A stretch of 44,042 nt of DNA from Spirochaetota bacterium (lineage in GTDB: Bacteria; Spirochaetota; B62-G9; DRHN01): NCBI GenBank assembly GCA_035527995.1, contig DATKZJ010000033.1, positions 1-44,042 on the forward strand, given 5' to 3'. The position numbers were made by a program, and so were the translations under genes. Shown one piece after another: positions 26,805-35,780 of this stretch. A model generated the notes under the pieces. That model was not told the origin of the DNA and made no database searches. It was given only the letters and a program-made list of their open reading frames with translations. Numbering within the stretch: position 1 is the stretch's first letter; every line of letters begins with the position of its first letter.

Positions 26805-27623
26805 TTGAAAAAATAGACTCTTTCATGTAGTTTTATCGCTGTTATCTGTACGGTTATTCTCACCGGGTGTCCGTCATCGGCGCCCCAGAACCCGGCTACC
26901 GGGCCAGGGGCCGCGTCGCCTGCAAACCTTCTCATTTCCGAGGCCGCCATCCAGTCCAATTTTTCCGGTGAGTTTATAAAGATATACAACCCTGCGGATC
27001 TGCCCATCGCGCTCGATAACGTCTATATCGCCGACTACAACACATATTATCAGGTGGTAAACGGGGTCGCTGCAGGCGGGTTGGATTTCAACATGCGTTT
27101 TCCGGAAGACACTACTATTACTGCAGGAGAGGTGCTTGTCATTGCCGTGTATACCACCAGCGGTTTTTTTACTACGTACGGGTTTTATCCTGATTTCGAT
27201 ACTTATGCAAGCCACGAAAACTCGCCCGCCATGGGCGGAACTTATGGCATGGCGTATAATCTGAATGATGTCGATGAGATGATCATTTTCTACTACTGGG
27301 ACGGGTCCAGCGACCTCGTCCAGGACATAGATTATCTCGGGATTGGTATTGAGAATTTGACATACTTGGATAAAACAGGTGTCATAATCGACGGCCCGGA
27401 CGGGGACTCGGGGGCTACGAGCGCCTATCTGAAAGATACCGCTGTTGCAAGCCAGCCTCTTGTGGCAGCCCCCGGGAACGGGCAATCGTTGAAGCGGACC
27501 GATTTTAACGAAGGAACTGAAACACTTACCGGCAGAAATGGCATGTTCGGCCACGACGAGACGAGCGAAGATTACAACAACACCTTCGAGGTCGCTGACA
27601 GCCCGACCCCGGGGACCCTCTGA
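26805..27623 (+). pseudogene. Lamin-tail-domain (LTD) lipoprotein gene interrupted by TAG at codon 4
   Basis: The frame of track ORF 27054-27623 stays open upstream to 26817 and reads TLSCSFIAVICTVILTGC (lipobox LTGC) ...LLISEAAIQSNFSGEFIKIYNP (LTD core). Between 26817 and 27053 there is no ATG, GTG or TTG. Immediately upstream lies TTG AAA AAA TAG (26805-26816), so the reading is M-K-K-stop followed by the signal peptide. Confidence 0.6.
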
Positions 27624-27666
27624 TCGGGACACATACTTTCATTATGTCCCGGAGTATCGTGTCCCC
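27624..27666. repeat. GGGACA-box repeat unit, copy A
   Basis: GGGACAC (27626-27632), N12, ATGTCCC (27644-27650), GGAGTATC, GTGTCCC (27659-27665). The 3' 22 nt match 35930-35951 at 21 of 22 positions. Confidence 0.7.
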
Positions 27667-27690
27667 CCAGGGTCCGCCAGGACCCTGGGG
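27665..27690. terminator. GC-rich perfect hairpin between convergent genes (candidate bidirectional terminator)
   Basis: CCCCAGGGTCC (27665-27675), loop GCCA, GGACCCTGGGG (27680-27690), giving an 11-bp perfect stem. It lies between the stop of the LTD gene (27623) and the stop of acd (27692). There is no U-tract on either side. Confidence 0.5.
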
Positions 27691-27691
27691 C

Positions 27692-29413
27692 CTAGGACAT
27701 GTCGAGAAGGTCTGAAGACTCCTCCATAACCGCGCTCTTTCCGGAGACCACAAACCCGTAGTTCTTGTCCCACTCGGGGATCTCGCGCTCGAAGAAGATA
27801 TCCATCGTCTTCCTCTTCTCTTCGCTGAACGCAGCGTACTTCAGAAAGAGGTGCGCGGTGTACAGCTTCGTTGCCATATCGACGAGCCGGTCCTGGTAGA
27901 ACGACTGATACTCGTGGTCGTTCTTTTCCTTTATGAAATCGACCGCTTTATTGAGAAGCGTGCGCTTCTCCTTGAGCACCTTGAGGTATGGTTTCTGGAA
28001 CTCCTCCCTGTGCCTGCTCTCCATGCGGTCGAGCTCCGGCTCCATCACCTTGGTCACTACGCCTCCGATTGCCGCAACGTACTGGAGCTGGGTGGTTCCC
28101 TCGTAGATGTTGGTGATGCGCGCGTCGCGGCAGTGCCGCTCCACGTTGAAGTCCTTCATGTAGCCGGTCCCGCCGTGGACCTGGAGCATCTTGTAGGCAA
28201 CGTCGTTCGCACACTCGGTAGATGTGTACTTGGCCATTGGTGTCAGCGTCGCGGCGAGCGAAGTGTAGTACTTCATCCTCTCCCGAAGCTCTTTCGTCGG
28301 GTTTTCTGTTTCGCGGACGAGTTTTTCGTATCCCTTCTTCAGGTCCACGACCCTCGACGTTTCGTAGGTGAGCATCCGCGCGGCCTCGATGTTCACGCGC
28401 GAGTTTACCAGCATCGAGTAGACGAGTGGGAAGTTGATGATCGCCTGCCCGAACTGCTCGCGGGCCCTGGCGTAATAGAGCCCCTCCAGGAATGCGGCCT
28501 GGGCTATGCCGAGCCCCTGGGAGGCGATACCGACCCTCGCGCCGTTCATGAGAGACATGACATACCGTATCAGCCCCATTCGCCGCTTTCCGACGAGGTA
28601 TGCTTTCGTATTATTGAACTGGAGCTCACAGGTTGGGCTTCCGTGAATTCCGAGCTTGTTCTCGATCCTTCGTACCACGAGGGAGTCGTTCTTCTCGCAT
28701 ACGAACATCGAGAGACCCCGCCCGTCTTTTGTCCCGGCCTCGCTTCTCGCAAGCACGAGAAGCACGTCACCGCATCCGTTTGTGATGAAACGCTTTACGC
28801 CGTTGAGGTACCATGTGTTGTCAGACGGATCGAGCGTTGCCTTGAGCTGTACCGCCTGGAGGTCGCTTCCCGCGTCAGGTTCGGTGAGCGCCATGGCGCC
28901 CGTTACCTTTCCGCTTGAAAAGAGAGGGAGGTACTTCGACTTGATCTCCTCGTCTGCAAACTCGCAGATCGTATCGCCTATGTCCTGCAGGCCGAAGAGG
29001 TTCATAAGGCTTGCGTCGGCCTGGGAGACCATCTCTATCGCTATGGTATAAACGAAAGTCGGAAAGTTCAGGCCGCCGTATTTCCTCGGGAGAGTGAACC
29101 CCATGAGGTTGGAGCGGCGCAGGGTGTCCATGTCTCTCTGTATGCCGTCTGCGTAGCGCACCTTTCCGGCATCGAAGAAGGAGCCCTGCTCGTCGACGTC
29201 AGGAGCGAGCGGGGAAATCTTCTGGGCGGCGATCTCCCCTATGAGGGTGAGAACCTCCCTGTAACCCTCCTTCGCGTCATCTGCGTCTGCAAAGGCGTAG
29301 TCGTATTCTGAAATCTCAGCATAGTCCCCTTCCTTCAGATCTATGACCTCCTTCAGGTCGATCCGATCGAAGAGGAGCTGAATGTCGCTGTTGTCTGTGA
29401 AAAAGTTTTCCAT
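27692..29413 (-). CDS. Acyl-CoA dehydrogenase (long form, 573 aa)
   Basis: ACAD blocks GAMALTEPDAGSDL, RFITNG, GARVGIASQGLGIAQAA, and QVHGGTGYMKDFNVERHCRDARITNIYEGTTQLQ. It lies directly downstream of etfA. Confidence 0.85.
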   Translation of the reverse strand: MENFFTDNSDIQLLFDRIDLKEVIDLKEGDYAEISEYDYAFADADDAKEGYREVLTLIGEIAAQKISPLAPDVDEQGSFFDAGKVRYADGIQRDMDTLRRSNLMGFTLPRKYGGLNFPTFVYTIAIEMVSQADASLMNLFGLQDIGDTICEFADEEIKSKYLPLFSSGKVTGAMALTEPDAGSDLQAVQLKATLDPSDNTWYLNGVKRFITNGCGDVLLVLARSEAGTKDGRGLSMFVCEKNDSLVVRRIENKLGIHGSPTCELQFNNTKAYLVGKRRMGLIRYVMSLMNGARVGIASQGLGIAQAAFLEGLYYARAREQFGQAIINFPLVYSMLVNSRVNIEAARMLTYETSRVVDLKKGYEKLVRETENPTKELRERMKYYTSLAATLTPMAKYTSTECANDVAYKMLQVHGGTGYMKDFNVERHCRDARITNIYEGTTQLQYVAAIGGVVTKVMEPELDRMESRHREEFQKPYLKVLKEKRTLLNKAVDFIKEKNDHEYQSFYQDRLVDMATKLYTAHLFLKYAAFSEEKRKTMDIFFEREIPEWDKNYGFVVSGKSAVMEESSDLLDMS

Positions 29414-30430
29414 TTAATCCACCCGCCTCTTTTTAATATCCTCGATGAGCATCGGGATTACCTCATTGAGGTCTCCTATGATTCCGTAGTGTGCGATACC
29501 GAATATCGGAGCTTCCGGGTCGTTGTTGATGGCGACGATTTTCGCCGACTGGTCCATACCCGCACGGTGCTGAACGGACCCTGATATTCCACACGCGATG
29601 TAGAGCTTCGGGCGGACTGTCGTTCCGGTCTGCCCGACCTGGTGGTCCTTGCTTATGAATCCTGCATCGACTGCGGCACGAGACGCCCCGACCTCGGCAC
29701 CGAGAACCGCAGCGAGATTTCTTATGGTGGCGAAGTTCTCCTTCGATCCGACCCCGTATCCCCCTGCGACAATGATGTGGGAACCTTTCAGGTTTACCTT
29801 CTTCTCCTTCTTCTCACGCTGCAGGATGTGCATGATGTTCTTCAGGTTTTCTATCTGTACTGTTTCGCGGACGATCTCACCGGTCCTTCCCCTCTGGACC
29901 GGAGGAGTTGGCATTACGCCCTCTCGGACGGTCGCCATCTGAGGTCTTTTGTGCGGCGTTACGATGGTTGCGATGATATTGCCGCCGAACGCCGGCCGTA
30001 TCTGGTAGAGTATCTTCTTGAAAACAGTGCCATCAGGGTGCTTATAGTCACCGATCTGGAGATCGGTGCAGTCGGCAGTCAGACCGACCTTGAGTTTGGA
30101 AGCGATCCTCGGAGCGAGGTCGCGTCCGCGGGCGGATGCGCCGAAGAGAACGATCTGCGGTTTGTACTTTTCAATAAGATCGGTGAAAATCTTCGCGTAT
30201 TTCGCCGTGTCGTAATTTTCGAGGGAATCGTTTTCGCACATGTACACCTTGTCCGCACCGTGCTCGAAGAGGGGCCCGGCGTGCTTCTCTACGCTTTTGC
30301 CTATAAGAATGCCGGCGAGTTCGGCCCCGAGCTCACAGGCGAGCTCTTTTCCCTTGGAGAGGAGTTCGATCCCTATCTCCTGCAGTGTGTTCCAGTCCTG
30401 CTCTGCAAATACCCAGACCTCTCCATTCAT
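29414..30430 (-). CDS. etfA: Electron transfer flavoprotein alpha subunit
   Basis: 338 aa with the C-terminal FAD-binding block VGQTGTTVRPKLYIACGISGSVQHRAGM...IVAINNDPEAPIF. Confidence 0.88.
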   Translation of the reverse strand: MNGEVWVFAEQDWNTLQEIGIELLSKGKELACELGAELAGILIGKSVEKHAGPLFEHGADKVYMCENDSLENYDTAKYAKIFTDLIEKYKPQIVLFGASARGRDLAPRIASKLKVGLTADCTDLQIGDYKHPDGTVFKKILYQIRPAFGGNIIATIVTPHKRPQMATVREGVMPTPPVQRGRTGEIVRETVQIENLKNIMHILQREKKEKKVNLKGSHIIVAGGYGVGSKENFATIRNLAAVLGAEVGASRAAVDAGFISKDHQVGQTGTTVRPKLYIACGISGSVQHRAGMDQSAKIVAINNDPEAPIFGIAHYGIIGDLNEVIPMLIEDIKKRRVD

Positions 30431-30479
30431 GCAACGCTCCTTGTCATGATTCTCTGTGATTGTTGATCTGTAGAATAGT

Positions 30480-31376
30480 TTACCATGTGTGATCTTCGAT
30501 GAGCTCAGCTACGAACTGCGCAATGCCTTCATCGGTCGCTTCTATCTTTTTAAAGCCCTTTCCCGTAAGGGTGATGCTTTCTATCATCTTGACCATCGTC
30601 GGGGAACCGGCGAACCCGACCTCTTCCTTTCTGGCTTTGATATCCTCCAGCCCCCACATCTCTATAAAGAGGCCCTTCTTCCTGAGGTGTTCTCTCAAAT
30701 CTTCGGCGGTATTAAACTGCGGGTATTTAGGCAGAAGCGCGGGAAGGTCGAATCCGCTCGCAGCCTTCCTGTACTTCAGAAGCCTTTTCGCCAAGAACGG
30801 CCTCGGCTCGTTTGCCGAGTCAGTGACTGTTAGCAGAACCGGCAGGGAGGTCTCCACGACCTCGGAACCGTTGTCCATGAGCTTGTGCACCTTTATGCGG
30901 TTCTCTGAAAGCTCCTCTATACGCTCCACGTAGGTGAGCTGAGGTATGTCGAGCTTTTCAGCCGTCTGCGGCCCTACCTGTGCGGTGTCACCGTCGATCG
31001 CCTGGCGTCCGCAGAGCACGATGTCGAAATCCGGGATCTTTGTGACTATCGCCTGTTTCAGGGCAAAAGAGGTTGCGAGGGTATCGGATCCGGCGAACTT
31101 CCTGTCGCTCAGCAGATACACGTTGTCTGCGCCCCTGTAGAGGGCCTCTTTCAGCAATTCTACCGCAGATGGGGGGCCCATGGTGATGACGTTAACCGTA
31201 CCACCGTACCGCTCCTTTACAGAGAGGGCCATCTCCAGGGCGTTGAGGTCCTCCGGGTTGAATATCGCAGGAAGGGCGGACCTGTTAACAGTGCCGTCCT
31301 CCTTCATCGCCTCTCCTGTGAGGTTCTGCGTGTCGGGAACCTGCTTTGCGAGAACCACCATCACGAGCTCTTTCAT
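30480..31376 (-). CDS. etfB: Electron transfer flavoprotein beta subunit (bifurcating-type motif)
   Basis: Motifs VLAKQVPD, ITMGPPSA and CGRQAIDGDTAQVGPQ. An internal ATG at 31361 is an alternative start. Confidence 0.88.
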   Translation of the reverse strand: MKELVMVVLAKQVPDTQNLTGEAMKEDGTVNRSALPAIFNPEDLNALEMALSVKERYGGTVNVITMGPPSAVELLKEALYRGADNVYLLSDRKFAGSDTLATSFALKQAIVTKIPDFDIVLCGRQAIDGDTAQVGPQTAEKLDIPQLTYVERIEELSENRIKVHKLMDNGSEVVETSLPVLLTVTDSANEPRPFLAKRLLKYRKAASGFDLPALLPKYPQFNTAEDLREHLRKKGLFIEMWGLEDIKARKEEVGFAGSPTMVKMIESITLTGKGFKKIEATDEGIAQFVAELIEDHTW

Positions 31377-31414
31377 ATTCCGCCCCTTATGCCTCTTTTT
31401 TTAGTTAAAACCGA

Positions 31415-31443
31415 AATTTATATAATTAAAAAAGTTGAGTCAA
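31415..31443 (-). promoter_or_regulatory. Putative sigma70-type promoter for etfB-etfA-acd
   Basis: On the - strand: TTGACT (complement of 31438-31443), a 17-nt spacer, then TAAATT, inside an AT-rich 87-bp gap upstream of etfB. Confidence 0.3.
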
Positions 31444-31463
31444 ATAATTTGCCCCTGAAAGTT

Positions 31464-32897
31464 CTAAAAAAACCTTGATAGTTCACGGCGAAGGTCCCTG
31501 TATGTAGAGTACAGCTCGGTATATGCTTCGTGTCTTTCTGCATCGGGTTCGAAGACCTCGTCCGTCTTTACGATCTTTTTGACTGCTTGCCTGAGATCTG
31601 AGCAGTGTCCCTCCTGCTGTGCGAGTATGCATGCGATTCCGATGAGCTCCGCATCATGGGTCTGAGTGACACAGAACGGCTTGCCCGTGACATCCGACTT
31701 GAGCTGGATGAACCAGCGGTTTTTTGCGCCGCCTCCTGTGGTGACTATGGGAGAAGTGAACCTGCAGCCGTTTTCCTCTATGATCTCTGCGACATCGCGG
31801 ATGCTGAGGGCGACACCGGTAAACACGCTTTTGAGAAGGTCGTCAGCAGTATGGGATTCTTCCAGCCCGAAGAAGACGCCCCTTGCGTACGGGTTCCACA
31901 GCGGTGTCCGCTCTCCCCGGAGGTAGGGAAGAAAGATGATACTGCCGGGCGTGTTTTTTTTACCGCCCCGTGACGAGAAGTCCCGTGACTGAAAGCCCCG
32001 GAACTTCTCGTAATCGACCCTAAGCAGTTTCGCCATCCATTCTACAGATATCCCGGAAGAGCTCGTAATACCTGCGACGTTCCATCTGTCCGGGATGAAA
32101 TGTGTATAACAGAGGAGCCTACGGTCACTTACTCTTTTGTCCCAGCAGAGGTTCAATCCGCCCGACGTCCCGGCTCTTTCACAAGACCTCCCCCGCTCTA
32201 TTGCGCCTGTTCCGATGAGAGCGGCAGCAAAGTCCACCCCTATGGCATAGAGGGGTGTGGATACCGGGATTCCGTACTCGAGCGCCGCAGAACGGCTCAC
32301 CTTTCCGATGCAGGAGCCGAGGTATAGAATCTCGGGAAACTTTTCTATGTCGAGTCCGGCGTGGAGGACCTTTTCTTTTTCCCACGGTTTGATACCGCTC
32401 GAAGAAGATGATGCCGTAAATTCTCCTGTAAGGAGAAACGCAAGGTAGTCGAACGACTGGAGAAATTTGAAGGTCTTCTCATAGACCCTGGGCAGCTCAT
32501 CCTTGAAGAAGCATGCAATGGGTATGTACATCGTCGAGGTGACATGGTCCTCTTTTCTCTCAGCAAGTTTCTTAATATATCGCTTCACCCTGTCATCAAG
32601 ATAACCGATCCCGCTTGAGAGCATGATTCCGTCCTCTCCGACCGGAATCAGGGTGGGACCGTGTCCGGTCACCCCGACTGCGGATACTTTCTTTGCGTCA
32701 AGACGGGAAAGCATTTCGCCCAGAGTTTTTTTAAGGGCCTCTTTGAAATCAGACTTTGAATATTCGTGGGTGCCGTTCTTGTTTGACCTATAGCGGTAAT
32801 CGCTCTTTGCAATGATATCTCCGCCGGGGGTTATGCACGCGGTCTTGAACCGCGTCGTTCCGGCATCGATGCATATAAAGTAGCGTTCTCCTGTCAT
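31464..32897 (-). CDS. FGGY-family carbohydrate kinase
   Basis: 477 aa. The N-terminal ICIDAGTTRFK and C-terminal VTTGGGAKN blocks are typical of xylulokinase/glycerol-kinase-like enzymes. Substrate is not assignable. Confidence 0.75.
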   Translation of the reverse strand: MTGERYFICIDAGTTRFKTACITPGGDIIAKSDYRYRSNKNGTHEYSKSDFKEALKKTLGEMLSRLDAKKVSAVGVTGHGPTLIPVGEDGIMLSSGIGYLDDRVKRYIKKLAERKEDHVTSTMYIPIACFFKDELPRVYEKTFKFLQSFDYLAFLLTGEFTASSSSSGIKPWEKEKVLHAGLDIEKFPEILYLGSCIGKVSRSAALEYGIPVSTPLYAIGVDFAAALIGTGAIERGRSCERAGTSGGLNLCWDKRVSDRRLLCYTHFIPDRWNVAGITSSSGISVEWMAKLLRVDYEKFRGFQSRDFSSRGGKKNTPGSIIFLPYLRGERTPLWNPYARGVFFGLEESHTADDLLKSVFTGVALSIRDVAEIIEENGCRFTSPIVTTGGGAKNRWFIQLKSDVTGKPFCVTQTHDAELIGIACILAQQEGHCSDLRQAVKKIVKTDEVFEPDAERHEAYTELYSTYRDLRRELSRFF

Positions 32898-32933
32898 CTT
32901 CTGTTCCTGTGCGTTATCACCACGCCGCCTTTT

Positions 32934-34085
32934 CTACAGGTTGAAAGAACGAAACTTGTTCCGGTTAGTTAACAGTATAATGAAGCTCACGAATGAAAAA
33001 AACGGGAAGACCAGAAGCGACAGCCTGAACGAGTAATAGCGTGAGATCATGGCGAGAATTATAGGAATGAATATTCCTCCAAATGGAATTCCCATTTTTA
33101 TTATTCCGAGCACGGTTCCTGCCATCTGCTTATACATAATCCCTGCGAGGCTCAGAATAAGAGGGAAAACGGCTGATAGCGTAAGGCCGTTCAAGAAGAT
33201 AAGGGTAAATGTCAGACCGAGCTTGCTGTTTGTATCGATAAAAAAGAGCGTGGAGAACAGAACGGTGCACAGGGCGAGGAGTACGAGTATAGAGCCTGAG
33301 AGATGGTGGCGCTTTGTGAACAGGCCGACAAGCAGTCTTCCGATTGCGACTCCGGAGAGAAATATGATGAGACCGAGCTTTGATGTTACCTGAGAGAACC
33401 CTCTGAGCTCCATGAGGAAGGTGGTCATGATTCCCTGTGTTCCGAGCTCGCAGCCCACTATGCATGCAGTTGCAATAAAGAGAATGAAAACAGATCGTTC
33501 GCCCTTGAGGCTCCTTATACGGTCCAGCATCTTTTCACTCGCACCCCTTCTGTTTTCCAGCCGTGACAAGGCAAAGAGTATGGCGATGCACGCGACGGCT
33601 ATGCTCGATTGCGCCATGGATTTCTGCCAGTTCATCTGGAGGAAAAGGAGATAGAGGGCGATCATCAGGGAGCCGAAAGTGACGAAGAAGTGATTGACGT
33701 TAATAAAGAGACTCTCTTTCTCTTCGTGTATATCGAGAAGCATCGCATCGGTAACTCCCTCGAAGCCGCCCATGCCGATGCCTATGAAAAACATGATAAT
33801 AAGGTTCGTGACAAAAGAGGGCCAGCGATAGAAAAGAGCGAATGCGATCGAGAGCACGATAGCACCTACGAGCAGTATCTTCGGCTTCTGATAGCTGTCC
33901 GAGAGCGCCCCTGAAGTTGATACTGAGAGCCCGAAGCCGACATTTTGTACTGCAAGAAGGAGCCCTATCTGAGATGGCGTCAGGCCGATATTACGTGCCG
34001 CGGCGCCTATCACCGTTGAACCGACACCTATGAAGAACATGGAAAGAAATGATGAAACAGTAAGAGCCTTTGTGCTGCGTATCAT
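32934..34085 (-). CDS. MFS transporter
   Basis: 383 aa and highly hydrophobic, with about 12 predicted helices by eye and a central loop (RLENRRGASEKMLDRIRSLKGER). Substrate unknown. Confidence 0.7.
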   Translation of the reverse strand: MIRSTKALTVSSFLSMFFIGVGSTVIGAAARNIGLTPSQIGLLLAVQNVGFGLSVSTSGALSDSYQKPKILLVGAIVLSIAFALFYRWPSFVTNLIIMFFIGIGMGGFEGVTDAMLLDIHEEKESLFINVNHFFVTFGSLMIALYLLFLQMNWQKSMAQSSIAVACIAILFALSRLENRRGASEKMLDRIRSLKGERSVFILFIATACIVGCELGTQGIMTTFLMELRGFSQVTSKLGLIIFLSGVAIGRLLVGLFTKRHHLSGSILVLLALCTVLFSTLFFIDTNSKLGLTFTLIFLNGLTLSAVFPLILSLAGIMYKQMAGTVLGIIKMGIPFGGIFIPIILAMISRYYSFRLSLLVFPFFSFVSFIILLTNRNKFRSFNL

Positions 34086-34669
34086 CTGCTGGTCCTCCGA
34101 AAAAGAGCGACTATAAAGGTCTCGCGGCTTTCCTTCCTGGAGGATTTAGGCTTTGCCAGTCGTACGGAATCGAATTCCTGTTTCTGTTCCCGTACGAACT
34201 CCCCGACGTCCTCCCCCGTCAGCACCTTGGCGACGACTGAACCCCCGTGCCTCAGAACGGTATCAGAAATGCCGAAAACCTTCCGGACGATCTCTATCGA
34301 CTTCTGTGCATCCATGAACTTGTTGCCGGAAGTGTTCGGGCAGGCATCGCTTACCACGAGGTCTACGGTTCCTACGGTTGACTTAAGATCGTCCCCATCG
34401 ATCGAGTTGATATCTTTTTTAATGTATGTGAAACGGTCGTTGCTTATTTTCGGTGTATCCACTATGTCTATGCCGAAAACAGTTCCCGGTCCGACCCGCT
34501 CCAGAAGATACTGGCTCCAGGAACCCGGCGCGCACCCTATGTCGAGCACCTTCATTCCCTTTTTTACGAGGCTGTAGCGGCTGTCGATCTCCTTGAGCTT
34601 GTACACGGACCGCGCGAGGTACCGCTCCTGCTTTGCCTTTTTGAAGTAGTGGTCTTTTACGGCTTTCAT
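34082..34669 (-). CDS. rlmE: 23S rRNA (uridine-2'-O)-methyltransferase RlmE (FtsJ)
   Basis: Motifs ARSVYKLKEIDSRYSLVKKGMKVLDIGCAPGSWSQY and DLVVSDACPNTSG. The stop overlaps the MFS start. Confidence 0.85.
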   Translation of the reverse strand: MKAVKDHYFKKAKQERYLARSVYKLKEIDSRYSLVKKGMKVLDIGCAPGSWSQYLLERVGPGTVFGIDIVDTPKISNDRFTYIKKDINSIDGDDLKSTVGTVDLVVSDACPNTSGNKFMDAQKSIEIVRKVFGISDTVLRHGGSVVAKVLTGEDVGEFVREQKQEFDSVRLAKPKSSRKESRETFIVALFRRTSR

Positions 34670-34675
34670 TTTGTA

Positions 34676-34704
34676 TTGATTAATTATTTAATTTCCAATA
34701 ATAT
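34676..34704 (+). promoter_or_regulatory. Putative sigma70-type promoter for gspG
   Basis: TTGATT (34676-34681), a 17-nt spacer, then TAATAT (34699-34704), in the AT-rich divergent gap between rlmE and gspG. Confidence 0.3.
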
Positions 34705-34778
34705 AATAAGAGAGACGAGGTTTTTCGAGTAACTTATGATGGTATTTCGATACTTTTTGTTAGCCTGGAGTGCATGAT

Positions 34779-35228
34779 ATGAAGCAGGAGAGTGATCGAA
34801 AAAGAGGCCTGGAGGCGTTCACACTTATCGAGCTCATGGTGGTAATCGTCATTCTCGGTATCCTCGCGGCGTTCGTTGTGCCGAAGCTTACAAAGCGGCC
34901 GGAGGATGCGCGGGTCACGAAGGCACGGATAGAGATCTCGAATATCGAACAGGCTCTCGAGCTCTACTATCTCGATAACGGAATATACCCTTCTACGGAA
35001 CAAGGTCTGGGTGCCCTCGTAGAGAAACCGCAAACCGGAGAAATCCCTGAGAACTGGAAAGAGGGTGGGTACCTTGTAAAGGGAAGGCTCTCGGCAGACC
35101 CGTGGGGTACTCCGTACGCCTATGTCTCGCCCGGAATCCATAATGCCGACTACGACATCGTCTCACTCGGAAAGGACAGGCAGGAGGGGGGCGAGGAATA
35201 CGACGCTGATATTACGAACTGGGAATAA
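34779..35228 (+). CDS. gspG: Type II secretion system major pseudopilin GspG
   Basis: Prepilin leader and methylation motif GLEAFTLIELMVVIVILGILAA, then ARIEISNIEQALELYYLDNGIYP and DPWGTPY. The ORF opens at GTG 34770. ATG 34779 lies 8 nt after GGAG. Confidence 0.85.
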   Translation: MKQESDRKRGLEAFTLIELMVVIVILGILAAFVVPKLTKRPEDARVTKARIEISNIEQALELYYLDNGIYPSTEQGLGALVEKPQTGEIPENWKEGGYLVKGRLSADPWGTPYAYVSPGIHNADYDIVSLGKDRQEGGEEYDADITNWE

Positions 35229-35276
35229 TGAAGGAGTGCCCGGGGTTTACCGTGAAGTTCGGGGTATAGGAGCAAA

Positions 35277-35774
35277 ATGAGACCTGAACGGGTTAGAGCT
35301 TTTACTCTCCTCGAGCTCCTCGTTGTCCTCGTCATCCTTTCACTGATATTTTTCATAGTGACTCCCAACTTCTTTTCCTCCATCAATCCGCAGAAGACAA
35401 AACAGTTTATGATGAACCTTCAGGGCACGCTCGAATACCTCTCAGAGAAGGCGATCCTTCAGAGCAAGGTGTATCTCTTTACCTTCGACCTCGATGAGAG
35501 GGAGTATCGCTTTATGGTCTCTGAGGAACAGAACCCCACAGGCGAGACAAAAGACAGATATCTCGCCCCGAGAAGCTTCCCTTCCCATCTCGAGGTGGAA
35601 AGCATAAAGACGGTTCCCGGGGGACTTGTTACGGAAGGAGAGCTCACGGTCCCCTTTACGCCGAACGGCATGCTGTTCTCCTTTGAGATTACGCTGGAGG
35701 ATTGGGTTCTTACGGGTGACAGTGTGAGCGGCCGCATCAGGGCCGTGAAGCGTACCGGGGAACAGGGTTTCTGA
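35277..35774 (+). CDS. Minor pseudopilin (GspH-like) with a prepilin-type N-terminal methylation domain
   Basis: N-terminus RAFTLLELLVVLVILSLIFF. AGGAG is the RBS. No other T2SS genes occur in the window. Confidence 0.65.
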   Translation: MRPERVRAFTLLELLVVLVILSLIFFIVTPNFFSSINPQKTKQFMMNLQGTLEYLSEKAILQSKVYLFTFDLDEREYRFMVSEEQNPTGETKDRYLAPRSFPSHLEVESIKTVPGGLVTEGELTVPFTPNGMLFSFEITLEDWVLTGDSVSGRIRAVKRTGEQGF

Positions 35775-35780
35775 GTCTAG

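Noticed and set aside
26814-26816. TAG reassignment or pyrrolysine as the explanation for the in-frame amber codon
   Set aside because: TAG terminates at least fumA, fumB and acd at positions matching normal protein ends, and no pyl genes are visible here. A mutation or sequencing error is the simpler explanation. The point is kept as a check under the finding at 26805-26870.
26874-27632. 252-aa ORF on the - strand
   Set aside because: It is antisense to the LTD lipoprotein frame, which has a signal peptide, a lipobox and an LTD core. The - strand translation has no motif.
27851-30466. Long + strand ORFs (355 aa at 27851-28918, 274 aa at 29642-30466, and smaller ones)
   Set aside because: They are antisense to the acyl-CoA dehydrogenase and etfA, whose translations match family motifs throughout. 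The + strand products are Arg/Val/Leu-rich shadows.
31489-31507. A 19-mer, CGAAGGTCCCTGTATGTAG, resembling 39105-39123 (CGAGGGTCCCTGTATGGAT; 16 of 19 positions, including a shared 12-mer)
   Set aside because: The first copy lies inside the conserved C-terminal coding region of the FGGY kinase. Similarity does not extend on either side. I treat it as chance, not as a repeat family.
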